Shown piece after piece: positions 9,145 through 19,774 of a DNA stretch of 64,000 nt. The position numbers and the translations under genes are program-made. The notes under the pieces are model-generated. The model searched no databases. It was not told the origin of the DNA and saw only the letters and a list, made by a program, of their open reading frames with translations. Source of the stretch: a virus. How positions within the stretch are numbered: the first letter of the stretch is position 1; each line of letters starts with the position of its first letter. The stretch lies in IMG/VR virus record IMGVR_UViG_3300043570_002257, positions 1-64,000 of that record. One strand, written 5' to 3'.

Positions 9145-9588
9145 TTATTTTAAGAATAACAATTTATACTTAATAGAGTTGATAGTACTTTTAACGTTAT
9201 CTAAATCATTAACAACTTCACTGTAAGGTGTCATTGTTTGTAATCCAGATACCATTTCTTTCATCTCTCTTAAATAAGATAATGCTTCTTCTACAGAATT
9301 CAAAATTCTTGGAGCAGAATCTTCATAATTTAGCAATTTTTCTGATGCTCCTTGAAATCCTTCAGCTATAGCGTCAGCGTGACCTGGTAAAGAATCATAT
9401 AATTCATTCAATGCTTTATGTGCAGAAAATGAACCTATACCTGTAACTTTCAAATGTAATTTGTGAAAGCTAACAGATGCATTCATTAGTTCATTAACAC
9501 ATGCTGCAGTTTGAGCTTCACATGAAGTAGCTGCAGGATATCCAGCAGTTGTTCTTTTCAAAGTTTTATATTGTCCTGCAAAGTCCAT
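9145..9588 (-). CDS. Ferritin/Dps-like four-helix bundle protein
   Basis: FHKLHLKVTG.GSFSAHKALNELYD..HADAIAEGFQG..KYKLLFLK; likely start is the ATG at 9588 (MDFAGQ), just after the upstream stop at 9593. Confidence 0.75.
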   Translation of the reverse strand: MDFAGQYKTLKRTTAGYPAATSCEAQTAACVNELMNASVSFHKLHLKVTGIGSFSAHKALNELYDSLPGHADAIAEGFQGASEKLLNYEDSAPRILNSVEEALSYLREMKEMVSGLQTMTPYSEVVNDLDNVKSTINSIKYKLLFLK

Positions 9589-9592
9589 ATTC

Positions 9593-10291
9593 TTAATTAT
9601 TAATTGTTGCTTGTTGTTTGTTTCTTGAATATTGGTTAAACAATTCAATATCTCCAGCTATAATAGAACATGTTTCATCAACAACCATTTCTATAATATC
9701 ATCTTTTAATTCACACTCAACATCAATATCTGTTGTTCCAGTTGAAGGATTTATACATCCCAAGAATGAAATATTTCTTGGTTTTCTATAATAAACTAAC
9801 TGTGGTACAGAAAGATCAAAGTCACCATTTGTGTAAATTCTAAACTTATTACCTTGAACTGTTGAAAATGTCTCACCCCATTTAGCACTTGGTGATCTAA
9901 AGTCATCTCCTAAAAGTGAATCAACATCAGCAACTTGTGCCAAGTAAACAATTAAAGGTCTTTCAGGACAACACTCTGTTATAGCATTTACAGATATTCT
10001 TTTGTAAAACATGTAGTTAGTAGGAATAACAGCTGTTTCATAATACAAAGGAAATTTTGTAGTTGTTAAATTTTGCTCTACAATAAGTACTTGCAAATCA
10101 TCAATGTTCATGATTGTTTGCTCACTACCCTCTTTTCCTTGGTTATGACCATGAACTTGCCTACGTACCCATTCAAGTTGAGCTTTATTAAAAGCCTCAA
10201 CAATCTGCCAACATTCAATGCTGTCATAGTCCTGAGAAGAAAGTTTATTCAATCTTTCTCTAACTTTAATTTGTAGTAGGTTGTTATTCAT
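9593..10291 (-). CDS. Putative head-tail ring protein, crAss-like
   Basis: LNKLSSQDY..IVEAFNKAQLEWV and LVYYRKP..CEL resemble crAss-like ring proteins. Confidence 0.55.
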   Translation of the reverse strand: MNNNLLQIKVRERLNKLSSQDYDSIECWQIVEAFNKAQLEWVRRQVHGHNQGKEGSEQTIMNIDDLQVLIVEQNLTTTKFPLYYETAVIPTNYMFYKRISVNAITECCPERPLIVYLAQVADVDSLLGDDFRSPSAKWGETFSTVQGNKFRIYTNGDFDLSVPQLVYYRKPRNISFLGCINPSTGTTDIDVECELKDDIIEMVVDETCSIIAGDIELFNQYSRNKQQATINN

Positions 10292-11307
10292 TAGTTATTC
10301 CAGTATTTCTCTACATTTTTTGTTACATCAACTAAGGTCTCCTCGTTTAAAGGATTCTTCAAATGTTCTACAACATCAGAAGAGTTTTTACCTAATAAGC
10401 TACTGCTCTTTATGTGATAGATAAATCCATCAGCTCTAGTTGCAATAATCTTATAGAAGTTTGCATCTTTAACAAGTGATCTCAATTTCAATGTTTCCAT
10501 GTCCATTGAACATACATCCAAGAATCTTTCTGCAGTTTTACGTTTGTCTTTATCTACAGTTTCACCATTGATGTATTTATCCATGTTGTCATAAAGTATG
10601 TCAAGTGGTGTAGATTTTTTGTACTGCGTTGAGTTACCATCTACTACTTTACATACGTAGAACAACTTGTTTGTGTTCTTATCAAATAACTTCTGTAACT
10701 CAGCCAATGCTTTGTTACGTAATTTTTTAACTTCAGTTCTTACAGAAGCAGTTTCTTCATACTTATCTAAGTAAAACTTAGGAGGTACTGGAGCTGTTCT
10801 AGCAGTTTCTAGATTTCTTACAACTGCAGAAAAACCACCAGCTTCAATAGCTTTTAGTTTAATCAAGTCATAAGGATCATTAGCAGGATCTAAATAGATT
10901 GGTTCATTACCAAATCTCATAATAATCTTACTCCAAAATGCATCATTATCTGGTCTAAGTAATGTTACTTTATTCCAGAACTGTTCATCATTAGGATCAA
11001 TTACATTAGAAGCAAGTTCTTTTTCAAGTTGAGCAACTGTAGCACGTATTTGTTTAACTGCTGCTTCTCTGTCTTCTTCAGGTAATTGTTTAATCTCAGG
11101 AGCAAATTCATTTAATCCTGTTACATACCTTCTGATACCATTGTTTTCTAAACATGCTAACTGTTCCTCGTGAAACACTCCTTCAAAAAGTACCATGTCA
11201 TACTTTTCAAGACCCATGTTAGAATTCATTGTGTCAATGAACGGGCGTACTGTTAAGGTACTAGACCTCTTAAAGGTCTGATGTTTTTCAATCATTGTTA
11301 CTTCCAT
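10291..11307 (-). CDS. Conserved capsid-module protein immediately downstream of the MCP
   Basis: Long ORF; likely start is the ATG at 11307 (MEVTMIEK) after an A-rich leader. Confidence 0.65.
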   Translation of the reverse strand: MEVTMIEKHQTFKRSSTLTVRPFIDTMNSNMGLEKYDMVLFEGVFHEEQLACLENNGIRRYVTGLNEFAPEIKQLPEEDREAAVKQIRATVAQLEKELASNVIDPNDEQFWNKVTLLRPDNDAFWSKIIMRFGNEPIYLDPANDPYDLIKLKAIEAGGFSAVVRNLETARTAPVPPKFYLDKYEETASVRTEVKKLRNKALAELQKLFDKNTNKLFYVCKVVDGNSTQYKKSTPLDILYDNMDKYINGETVDKDKRKTAERFLDVCSMDMETLKLRSLVKDANFYKIIATRADGFIYHIKSSSLLGKNSSDVVEHLKNPLNEETLVDVTKNVEKYWNN

Positions 11308-11375
11308 AATTTTTTTTTGTTGGTTAAATAATTTTCTTCTTTTTCTTTCTGTTTTTAGCAACTTCTAGTTTAAAG

Positions 11376-11513
11376 CTCCTGAACCACGTCAAGGTAGTTG
11401 CTTCTCAGGAGAACCTGGGATTAACCCAGGCAAGTATTTGTCAAGTTTTACCCTGACGTGAGGAGGTGGAGTCTTGTAAAAGCAGGGACCTAGAGGCTAT
11501 TACACCTCTAGGT
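11376..11513 (-). ncRNA. Candidate pseudoknotted cis-regulatory RNA downstream of the MCP stop
   Basis: Pairings 11376-82/11405-11, 11385-96/11449-60 (crossing; G-U only on the minus strand), 11414-19/11425-30 and 11488-96/11505-13; GC-rich relative to the flanks. Confidence 0.55.
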
Positions 11514-11536
11514 TTACTTAGTGTCTTCAAGGATCC

Positions 11537-13186
11537 TTAGAATGATCCTCCAGTAATTGGATTTCTCATAACAATTTTGAGAACTTTAGTAGGGTCTTTA
11601 ACCCAGATAGAAGGCATGGTTTGAGTCATGAATACTCTGTAACCATTGAAATTACCTGAAGATGCAAAACCTTGACTTCTTCCCATGTAATCCATAGTTC
11701 CATTTTGGTAGAACCATTTCATTTCACTATCCCACTTCAATTTCAACAAGTAAATGTTGTCATTTGTGTTGTCAGTGATGTCAAATACGATGAAGTTATA
11801 AGAAGACAATGGGAAACCATCAATGATTGGGTTTTCAATGTCATTAGTATGAACGTTATCAAAAGCTGGGTTCAACACAAACTTAACGTTAGCTAAGAAA
11901 GGAATAGTGTAGCTAGTGAAAGCAAATCCAAAATTCAAATCCATTGCATTAGTACCAGAGATAGCACCTAAACCAGACTTGCTCATGTCAGCAAATAAAG
12001 AAGTACCAGATCCAGCTGTGCTGAATGCTTCTTTCTTAATTGCCTCATTCACCATCTTCATACCAGCCATACCAGTTTGAACAATGATTTGACGGTTAGG
12101 ATCAGGTCCTTTAAAATCAACTTTACCATTGTAGAAGTTGAAGATCTCAGAACGGAACAACTCTAAGTTGAATGAACCTTTGTTGTAGATACGTTTGAAA
12201 GAGTTGTCTAATTGTGACCAAAGACCAGTTGATAATCTGATATCATCAGGACCATCTTGCTTAATACGTCCACCTTGTCCCCACATTAAGTAGGTTTCAA
12301 TGTCGTTAGCAATTTTGCTTAAGTGTGCAGATTCCATTTTAGTTACAAATGAACGAGTCAATGTACCATTGTCATAAGCTTTCTTAATGTAGTCTTTACC
12401 CATTTTAGCTACCATTGCATCAATGTTAGTTAAAGAAGGATCTTTTGCAATGTTAGAATCAAATGACTTCCAGATCTCAGTTACAGGAACTGTACCATCT
12501 GCATTCATTCCACCTTTCATCATCATTTCTGCGCGAGAAGAAACTGAATAGTGTACGTGAGCTTCAGCACCACCAACATAGTTGTAGTACTCACGGAAAC
12601 CTGCGCTCAATTCTCCAATGTCAGAGAAACGCTCACCGTATTCACCACGAGCAGAACCTTTTCTGAAGAATTTAGTACCTGGCTTTAAGAATCTTTTGTC
12701 AAGAGCTTTTGTGTTATCATTGTTCACTAATTGAACAGTGTAAACAAAACCATCACCTGAAGGAAGAATATCTTCTGCAGTGATATAAAGTTCAGCACCT
12801 TTGTATTTATCATAAGTGATAATATCACCATGTCCAAATACACGCTTGTTAATTTTGATTTTGAAGGTAGTACCATCTTGTCCTAAAACAGCAACGCCTG
12901 GCTCAACATCTTCTACAACGTAAGGAAGATCCTGTACGATAGGAGTTTGCCATTTGTACTCACCACGAGGGTTGTCTACAAGAATAGTGTTTTTACCACC
13001 AAAAGATGCCATCTGATAAAGAGGCATTTCTACCTTTTGGGTCTGTGCCCATAAGTCAACTGGTCCTAAATCCATAGGATCAGTACTCTTAAGCATGTTT
13101 ACCAAATGGTAAGAATCTATGTGAGAACCAACTTTGTAGTTAGTATCACGTAGAAACAGTCCATTGTTTAATACGGGTGTACTCAT
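11537..13186 (-). CDS. Major capsid protein (crAss-like)
   Basis: 549 aa; gene order terminase-portal-scaffold-MCP; IETYLMWGQGG..STGLWSQL and IWVKDPTKVLKI resemble crAss-like MCPs; biased codon usage. Confidence 0.85.
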   Translation of the reverse strand: MSTPVLNNGLFLRDTNYKVGSHIDSYHLVNMLKSTDPMDLGPVDLWAQTQKVEMPLYQMASFGGKNTILVDNPRGEYKWQTPIVQDLPYVVEDVEPGVAVLGQDGTTFKIKINKRVFGHGDIITYDKYKGAELYITAEDILPSGDGFVYTVQLVNNDNTKALDKRFLKPGTKFFRKGSARGEYGERFSDIGELSAGFREYYNYVGGAEAHVHYSVSSRAEMMMKGGMNADGTVPVTEIWKSFDSNIAKDPSLTNIDAMVAKMGKDYIKKAYDNGTLTRSFVTKMESAHLSKIANDIETYLMWGQGGRIKQDGPDDIRLSTGLWSQLDNSFKRIYNKGSFNLELFRSEIFNFYNGKVDFKGPDPNRQIIVQTGMAGMKMVNEAIKKEAFSTAGSGTSLFADMSKSGLGAISGTNAMDLNFGFAFTSYTIPFLANVKFVLNPAFDNVHTNDIENPIIDGFPLSSYNFIVFDITDNTNDNIYLLKLKWDSEMKWFYQNGTMDYMGRSQGFASSGNFNGYRVFMTQTMPSIWVKDPTKVLKIVMRNPITGGSF

Positions 13187-13226
13187 TTTTTTTTAAATTA
13201 AAGTTTAAAGTTATAAATTATATTTG

Positions 13227-14480
13227 TTATTGTCTTTTAAAAATATTAGCTGCTTGGCGAGGTATTTTTCTTGCAGCAGGTTTGTCTTCATCCTCATTAC
13301 TTACAGTTGAAGAAATTTTACGTGCTTCTTCTGTTTTAAGTTTTCTAACAGTATCCTGTGTTACCTCATTTTTTGCTTGTTTTCTGATGTTTTCTTTATA
13401 ATCATCTGGATCAGAAAGCAACCATAATGTTTCAGCAATCAAGTCATAACGTGGTTCTTTTCCAAATTGATGGTCTTCTAAAAGTTTACCAAGCAAATTT
13501 GTAGGACGTCCAGTCATACTTTCATACTTAACAGTTGTTAATTCATCCCACAAGAACTTCTGACGCTTACCATCAATCTTTACACCATTTAGTTCAGCAG
13601 GTTTTAAAGTATTATATATGTTATCCATATACTCTTCTTTTTTCTTATGCTGCTCTGCACGGAATTGTTCCTGCTGTGCAATTTTTGATTGGACTACTTC
13701 TTCTTGCATCTGATCCAATTTTGGTTTGAACTGTTGTGCTTTTTTTGCAATTGTACCAGATTCAACCCATTCTTGTAACTGATCTTCTAATAGTTCATTA
13801 TCTCCATTACCAAAGTTTGTAGCTTGTAGGTATTGACGAGCAATCATTTCTTGATGCTCAGCATTTGTTGGATCCAATGACTTTATCTCTTCAGTTTGAG
13901 ATAGTGCACGAAATAATCCTTTTATGTCAGTGCCACCTTTTGCAACGTATTCTGCTGCATATTGTAGTTCTGATGGAAGTGATTCAAAGAACTCTTTTGG
14001 AGTTTGCTCTCTTAAAGCTTTTTCTTTCTCATCAAAGTTGGCTTGAATTAAATCTTTCCAATCCTTGATAGAGTATTCCTCCATTGGTTTTTCATCTTCA
14101 AATGGAACTAATAAACCTTCCTCAATTAATTTTGAGAATGTTTCTACCATTCCACTCTTATCAATCTTTTTGCGTCCTTGTTTTTTATCAGCGTCTTCTA
14201 GACCATCTGTATCTTCCAAGTCTGCGTCTAACTCAGCTATTGCTTCATTAGTTTCAGTAGATGTTACTACTTTCTTTTTGTTTAGATCTTCTGTTCCATT
14301 ATCCTCTAAGAAGGACATGTCTACAGGTTTTCCTGTTGAGAATATTGAAGGTTTCTCATCACCTTCTTCTCCATCAGATGTAACAATGCTTTCAGCTCCA
14401 GGCATTGGTAAAAAGTCATCAATACTTTCTATTGTTACATTGCTAACAGATGTTTGTTGGTTGTTGTCTGTTGTACTCAT
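13227..14480 (-). CDS. Acidic scaffold-like protein between portal and MCP
   Basis: 417 aa, acidic N-terminus, helical/coiled-coil composition, syntenic position. Confidence 0.6.
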   Translation of the reverse strand: MSTTDNNQQTSVSNVTIESIDDFLPMPGAESIVTSDGEEGDEKPSIFSTGKPVDMSFLEDNGTEDLNKKKVVTSTETNEAIAELDADLEDTDGLEDADKKQGRKKIDKSGMVETFSKLIEEGLLVPFEDEKPMEEYSIKDWKDLIQANFDEKEKALREQTPKEFFESLPSELQYAAEYVAKGGTDIKGLFRALSQTEEIKSLDPTNAEHQEMIARQYLQATNFGNGDNELLEDQLQEWVESGTIAKKAQQFKPKLDQMQEEVVQSKIAQQEQFRAEQHKKKEEYMDNIYNTLKPAELNGVKIDGKRQKFLWDELTTVKYESMTGRPTNLLGKLLEDHQFGKEPRYDLIAETLWLLSDPDDYKENIRKQAKNEVTQDTVRKLKTEEARKISSTVSNEDEDKPAARKIPRQAANIFKRQ

Positions 14481-14606
14481 ACTTTTTTCTGTTTAGTTGG
14501 TATTATTTACTGTTCTTCTTCATATATAATCTACAAATAAACTTTGAAGATTTACACCCTCAAAGTGTATAGGCTACACATTTTTTGTATTATATAGCTA
14601 TGACAA

Positions 14607-17336
14607 TTATTTTTGGTCATATTTATTTTTATTTGTTTGTGCAACTTGTAATTCTTTTTGTGCAATTCTTTCTTTTGAAAGTATTTCTTGACGTTTCAAC
14701 TCAAGTTTTGCTTGATCAGATGTTTGTTTGTTTATCTCTCTTTCTCTAGATATAGACTGGTCTGCCTGTTTAGCATTCTTTTTATCAAGATATTCCAAGG
14801 TATCAATATAGTCATTCTGAGCATTTGCATCTCTATCTTGCATTGCAGTGTAACCTGCAGAGCGTATCTCAGCAACTCTTTCATCAGACTCTCTATCAAG
14901 TGCTTTCTGTTCAGCGTCAAATCTAAGTTTAGCTTCAAGACGTTTGCTTTCACCTTCTTGCTTCATCTTCTCAGTTTCTTGCATTGCTTGCATTTCTTGT
15001 TGTTTAGACATAGATGTTTTCTCTTCAATAGACTTCATAACATGTGTAATCTCAGCCATAGAATCAGCTTTAATAATGTTACCTAAATCATAAATAGAAG
15101 CACCTGATGTATTGTTAGAAATTGCAAGTGAACGTATTTGTTCAATTACTTGTTTCTGATTAACCTTTGTTGAGATAAAAATGTTCAAGTCTCTAGCCAA
15201 TAATTCAGTACCATTAATTTCAAAGTTAACCTTTTCATCCATAGTAGTTAAGTATTGTAATCTTAAACTAGGTTTATTAGAATGATAGTACTGTGACAAA
15301 TCTGTACGCATCTGATGCACACGTGGCATAAGATACTCTGAGTGTTGTGTGAAGTAAGGTTCTGTTTGAGAATAACTCATGTTTATTGCTTGTTCTACAC
15401 CCTGTGCAGTTTCTTGTGCATTTACAGCACCCATACGCTGAGGTGATAAACCAATTGCTTCAAAACATTGATTCTTAAAGTAATTTGATAATTGTATACG
15501 CGACATCAAACGATTAGTCTGCTCAAGATTTAATACTTGATAATGATTAAAGTTTGTTGCATTTTCAGTATTTGAAATAGAAGTATCTAAAGGCAACATC
15601 TGGAAATTCTTCATTGCCACATATGCTTTAGAGAAATTGTTTTGTCCCCAATCTTCACCCATTGAGTGACGTGGTAAAGCATTTTGATCTAACATAATAA
15701 CTGTTCCTAATTCATCTACAAGGATATCAGCTATCTGGTTATTAACCAAGTTGTAACCAACTTGATATGGTTTCATCTTATCTACAAGAGACATAGACTT
15801 TGTGTTTCTATCAGAGAACACAGCTCCTTCAACAGGAAGTTTACAACCATAAATTGTAAAGTCTCCTTTAAATTGAAAACGTATAGGTTTTACATCAAGA
15901 TACATTGGAGAAAATCCAAATATATCATGATTGCCATAGTAAGCTGGTCTATTAGGACCAATCTTGACACCACCCCAAGTTTCATTAATCCAAATCCAAT
16001 CAATGTGTTCACCATAAACTAATGTTTCTCTATTTTTGTTTTTCATGACTGTAGTGTCATAGATTGGTTTATCTGTAACTTTATAAGTTTCATCAACAAT
16101 CATGTCTATCAGTATTCCTTTTTCATCTATTCTTGACAAGTGACCAATCATACGTTGTGACTTCCAGTATACTGTAGTTGCACGTAACATACCCATATCT
16201 TTAAATTCTTGTAAGTCTTCTGACTCATTTAGAATTTGGAAAATAATATCATCCCCAGTATTCATATGCATTTCACTTGCACTTAAAAACTGACGCATTC
16301 CTAAAGAAGGACCATTTGTATTCCAGTCATGTGATTTTGTAGGATCATAGAATGAACCATCATTCTGAACACCTTGTATATTATAGCCAGCAGATTTTAC
16401 AGGATATATTGCTTCAAGACTGTGCATTTGATCTTCATCCATCATATAACCATACTTATCAATAACATCTGCAAGAGTAAGTAAGTCTATTCTGCCAACC
16501 CAGTTAGATTGTGAGATGTATCTTGCTTCTGGAGATTTATGATAAAATGTTAAAAGAGGATTCCATAATTCAACTTCATAGTCATCTTCTGTCATTTTAA
16601 AATGCCAGAATTCTCTATCTGTAATAAGCATGTCTCTGAAGGCCATATTCTCTAATTCTTTCATAGAGAATCTTTCTTCATCTACATTATGTTGGTGAGT
16701 AGCCCATTGCTCTACAAGTGATCTATAGTCCTTTTTAAAGAAACCTTCAATCTCAGGTAAAGTTTTAAGTGTCTCAGGAGACATCATCTGTTGTGCTTGA
16801 GCAGCTTGTTTTTCGTCTTCTAAATTTAAACCCATCTTTTCAATGGTCTCTTGCATTTTTTGCTCTGCTCTTGAAACAAGTACTTCCTCAACCATAGAAC
16901 GTTTAGCTTCAATCATTTCATTGTATGAAACATCATCCACTGCACGATATGTGATTTTGTCATTTCTTTTTGCAAACTCACCTGTCAAAACATTGATGAC
17001 GTTTGGTACAATAGGAAAGAACTTTAGTTCAAATGCACTCTGATCTTCTTTTGTCAGAACATCAATAAGTTCTGCAACTTCATTGTCTTCTTCAACAATG
17101 TAGTCTGTTTTGTCAATAATACCGTTTGCAAGTTTGTAGTTTTTCAACAACCTTCTTGCATTTCTGCGTATTTGCTTAAGACCTTGCATTTCAAACCAGT
17201 CAAGATTCCATGCTCCCCATGATTCATCTTTATCTTTTCTACGCAGGAATTGGATAGGCTGAGTTAGAGTACCCATTTTATTGTTCTCTACCTTAGCTCC
17301 ATTTTTAAGCTGCATTGCGTTAACTACTGTTGGCAT
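14607..17336 (-). CDS. Portal protein (crAss-like)
   Basis: 909 aa after the terminase; FFPIVPNVINVLTGEFAKR and SLVDKMKPYQVGYNLV; C-terminal coiled coil. Confidence 0.85.
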   Translation of the reverse strand: MPTVVNAMQLKNGAKVENNKMGTLTQPIQFLRRKDKDESWGAWNLDWFEMQGLKQIRRNARRLLKNYKLANGIIDKTDYIVEEDNEVAELIDVLTKEDQSAFELKFFPIVPNVINVLTGEFAKRNDKITYRAVDDVSYNEMIEAKRSMVEEVLVSRAEQKMQETIEKMGLNLEDEKQAAQAQQMMSPETLKTLPEIEGFFKKDYRSLVEQWATHQHNVDEERFSMKELENMAFRDMLITDREFWHFKMTEDDYEVELWNPLLTFYHKSPEARYISQSNWVGRIDLLTLADVIDKYGYMMDEDQMHSLEAIYPVKSAGYNIQGVQNDGSFYDPTKSHDWNTNGPSLGMRQFLSASEMHMNTGDDIIFQILNESEDLQEFKDMGMLRATTVYWKSQRMIGHLSRIDEKGILIDMIVDETYKVTDKPIYDTTVMKNKNRETLVYGEHIDWIWINETWGGVKIGPNRPAYYGNHDIFGFSPMYLDVKPIRFQFKGDFTIYGCKLPVEGAVFSDRNTKSMSLVDKMKPYQVGYNLVNNQIADILVDELGTVIMLDQNALPRHSMGEDWGQNNFSKAYVAMKNFQMLPLDTSISNTENATNFNHYQVLNLEQTNRLMSRIQLSNYFKNQCFEAIGLSPQRMGAVNAQETAQGVEQAINMSYSQTEPYFTQHSEYLMPRVHQMRTDLSQYYHSNKPSLRLQYLTTMDEKVNFEINGTELLARDLNIFISTKVNQKQVIEQIRSLAISNNTSGASIYDLGNIIKADSMAEITHVMKSIEEKTSMSKQQEMQAMQETEKMKQEGESKRLEAKLRFDAEQKALDRESDERVAEIRSAGYTAMQDRDANAQNDYIDTLEYLDKKNAKQADQSISREREINKQTSDQAKLELKRQEILSKERIAQKELQVAQTNKNKYDQK

Positions 17337-17357
17337 AACCTTATGTATTTATTTTGT

Positions 17358-19556
17358 TTATCTAATGTTTTTGAAAGGATTCCTAGGCTTTCTCAACGCT
17401 GTAGATGATGAGTTCTCATTCCCCATGTGACGAAAAGGACTCACTCTTAATTTAGTATTTTTATTTGATTTATCCAAATTAGAATCATCTCTTTCAATGC
17501 GTTTTGAGTATCCTCTATTTGATTCTTGAACTTTGGCAAATGCTACTAAAGCACAGAATGCCACTAGTCTATCCACGTTAAGTCCTTCTCTATATGCTGC
17601 CATTTCCTTTAACAGCATAATATCAGGTATTCTTTCTATACCATATGTTTGTTTTACAATAGTTCCATCTGCCATTGTTTCTTGGTCCAACTCTTCTTCT
17701 AGGAATTGGATAGCATATGATATAAGATTGGTTTTAAATAGTGTTCCAACGTTTCTCCAACCATATTCTTGAAACACATTTGTGTTACTAGACAGTTCTT
17801 TAAGAAATAATATCTGGCTTTTTGGAACCAGGTACTTTTGCTTTCTTCTTGATATCATGTATTGAATAAACAAACTTATGTTATTTTCTACAATTGTCCA
17901 AGCATTGTACCATTCAATTATCATTTCAAGACGTTCATGTGTTTTGTTCAAGTCATCAAAACGTCCACACCATGCTGCAACAATCTTATCTCTTTCAATA
18001 TGTTGTTCAATTGTACCGTCAGCTTTGTGTTTTGTGACTTCCTGTGCTGTCTTGTATACAAAGATAGAACATAATGAATCAGACGTAGTAGTCTTTCCTT
18101 CAGACACAGGGTCAATGGAAGCATAGTAAGTTCCAAACTGAGGATCTTTACAGGGCTTTTCATAAATTACTACAACTCCTTCTTTATCAACTGTCTTAGG
18201 TGATATAGGAAATTCTGATATTGGAAGTTTACGTGATTCTTTTGAAACAATTTTACCATGCTCATCTCTTGATAAATCTACAAATTCTCTAAAGTATTCT
18301 TGATCTTCAATTCTTCTAATCTGTTTTGTCAAAAGATGTAAAGGAAATTTAGATACTTTTCTGTAGGCAAAAGCTTCTTCAATGTTAATTGGTTTCTGAG
18401 AAATACGTAACTGATAGTCTTCAGGTTTAAGATTCTTTTTCCATTCTAATCTTTCTTCAACAATCATTGCCAATGCTTTCTCTACCAAAGAGTTACCATA
18501 CTCATCTATGCAAGGTAGCATTGACCATTGTTCTGGAATAAATAAACCACACTTAGCAATCTCTCCTTCAGCATTAACAAGATTTGTTTCTACTGCAAGT
18601 ACATCTTTAGAGATAGGATTCATGATCATTTCTTTCAATGGTTCACATTGTTCCAAATCTCCCACTGATCCTGCAGCTACAAACATACCTGTATATGTCA
18701 TACCAGATTTCATTGCTGGTAGCAAGTACTCCACTGTCTCATTCATCTTTGGTGCAATCCCTGCCTCCTCATGATAGAAGAATGTACAAGGACCCCCTAC
18801 ACCATTTGTTGGATCTTTTTCAAGGGCAAGTCCAAATATTACAGACTTTAATCCAACATCACGTTTTTTTCCTCCTTGATTAACTTCAATTTTTTGTTCC
18901 CAGTTTAAAACTTTATCTGGATTACAAGGTCTATACCATGCAGTATGTGTATTTAAGAAGTTTCTATATTCTTCTAAAAAACGCCAAGTACCTTTTTCAT
19001 TTATGTAATCCTTTAGGGAACCAGCCATTTTGTTTATAGCACCTTCCTCAAAGTAAAATAAGTTAATCATTTTTCCTGCGTGGAAATAAGAGGATGCTAT
19101 CTGACGTTTCTTTAATATAGCAGCATGTTGAGAAGAATGCTTTGCAATTTCTTCATACAGTGCCATATGGTATTGGGCGTCCCTTACATCTGCAAAGGTA
19201 AACTTTGCCACCTCCTTATTGTAAATAGGTAAAAAATTTATCCACATGTAATAGTCTCTTGCCAAGAGCCATGTGTTTTTCTCACCTTTATAAATTACTC
19301 CTTTTCTACATTTTTCTTTTTGGTCATCCCAATATTGTATGTAGTCTTTTGTTCTTAGTGGAGCTGTACAAAATAATTTGTATTTATTAAATCTTCTAGC
19401 TTCCTGATTAAACAACAATGATGTTTCATCAAACTCGTATTTTCCTGGCTCTTTAAAAATTGACCATAAAAATTCTACATATAATTCTTTTGTTTCAAAG
19501 TCAGTATATGACCATGATTCAGTTTTAACATCATATGTTGGTACACTTAAATACAT
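17358..19556 (-). CDS. terL: Terminase large subunit
   Basis: ATPase region LKKRQIASSY, Walker B-like FFYHEEAG, nuclease motifs ASIDPV and NVDRLVA. Confidence 0.9.
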   Translation of the reverse strand: MYLSVPTYDVKTESWSYTDFETKELYVEFLWSIFKEPGKYEFDETSLLFNQEARRFNKYKLFCTAPLRTKDYIQYWDDQKEKCRKGVIYKGEKNTWLLARDYYMWINFLPIYNKEVAKFTFADVRDAQYHMALYEEIAKHSSQHAAILKKRQIASSYFHAGKMINLFYFEEGAINKMAGSLKDYINEKGTWRFLEEYRNFLNTHTAWYRPCNPDKVLNWEQKIEVNQGGKKRDVGLKSVIFGLALEKDPTNGVGGPCTFFYHEEAGIAPKMNETVEYLLPAMKSGMTYTGMFVAAGSVGDLEQCEPLKEMIMNPISKDVLAVETNLVNAEGEIAKCGLFIPEQWSMLPCIDEYGNSLVEKALAMIVEERLEWKKNLKPEDYQLRISQKPINIEEAFAYRKVSKFPLHLLTKQIRRIEDQEYFREFVDLSRDEHGKIVSKESRKLPISEFPISPKTVDKEGVVVIYEKPCKDPQFGTYYASIDPVSEGKTTTSDSLCSIFVYKTAQEVTKHKADGTIEQHIERDKIVAAWCGRFDDLNKTHERLEMIIEWYNAWTIVENNISLFIQYMISRRKQKYLVPKSQILFLKELSSNTNVFQEYGWRNVGTLFKTNLISYAIQFLEEELDQETMADGTIVKQTYGIERIPDIMLLKEMAAYREGLNVDRLVAFCALVAFAKVQESNRGYSKRIERDDSNLDKSNKNTKLRVSPFRHMGNENSSSTALRKPRNPFKNIR

Positions 19557-19558
19557 AA

Positions 19559-19774
19559 TTATTCTTTAGGGTCTTCTACAATTAACTTGAGTGTTTGTCC
19601 ATCACTATAGTTCCAGATTCTTTGTTTGACAACATACGTTTCTGAACCAATAGCAATCCAATCACCTTTTGATGGTGTATTTTTTACAACTCTTGTTGTA
19701 ATGTACCCATCAGATACATGTACTACTTCCACTCTAGTAGTTCTGTTTGTTTCCAGTTCTTTGTGTAAGCTCAT
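19559..19774 (-). CDS. Hypothetical protein
   Basis: 71-aa ORF filling the gap before terL. Confidence 0.5.
   Translation of the reverse strand: MSLHKELETNRTTRVEVVHVSDGYITTRVVKNTPSKGDWIAIGSETYVVKQRIWNYSDGQTLKLIVEDPKE

Noticed and set aside
14065-14496. Antisense and alternate-frame ORFs in the track (e.g. 14065..14496, 14688..15086, 33255..33569, 52251..52550)
   Set aside because: They are shadows of long genes on the opposite strand, with atypical composition and no initiation context.
17358-19556. Intein or intron in terminase, PolB or RNR
   Set aside because: No C/S...HN splice motifs or LAGLIDADG blocks were noticed, and lengths fit uninterrupted proteins.
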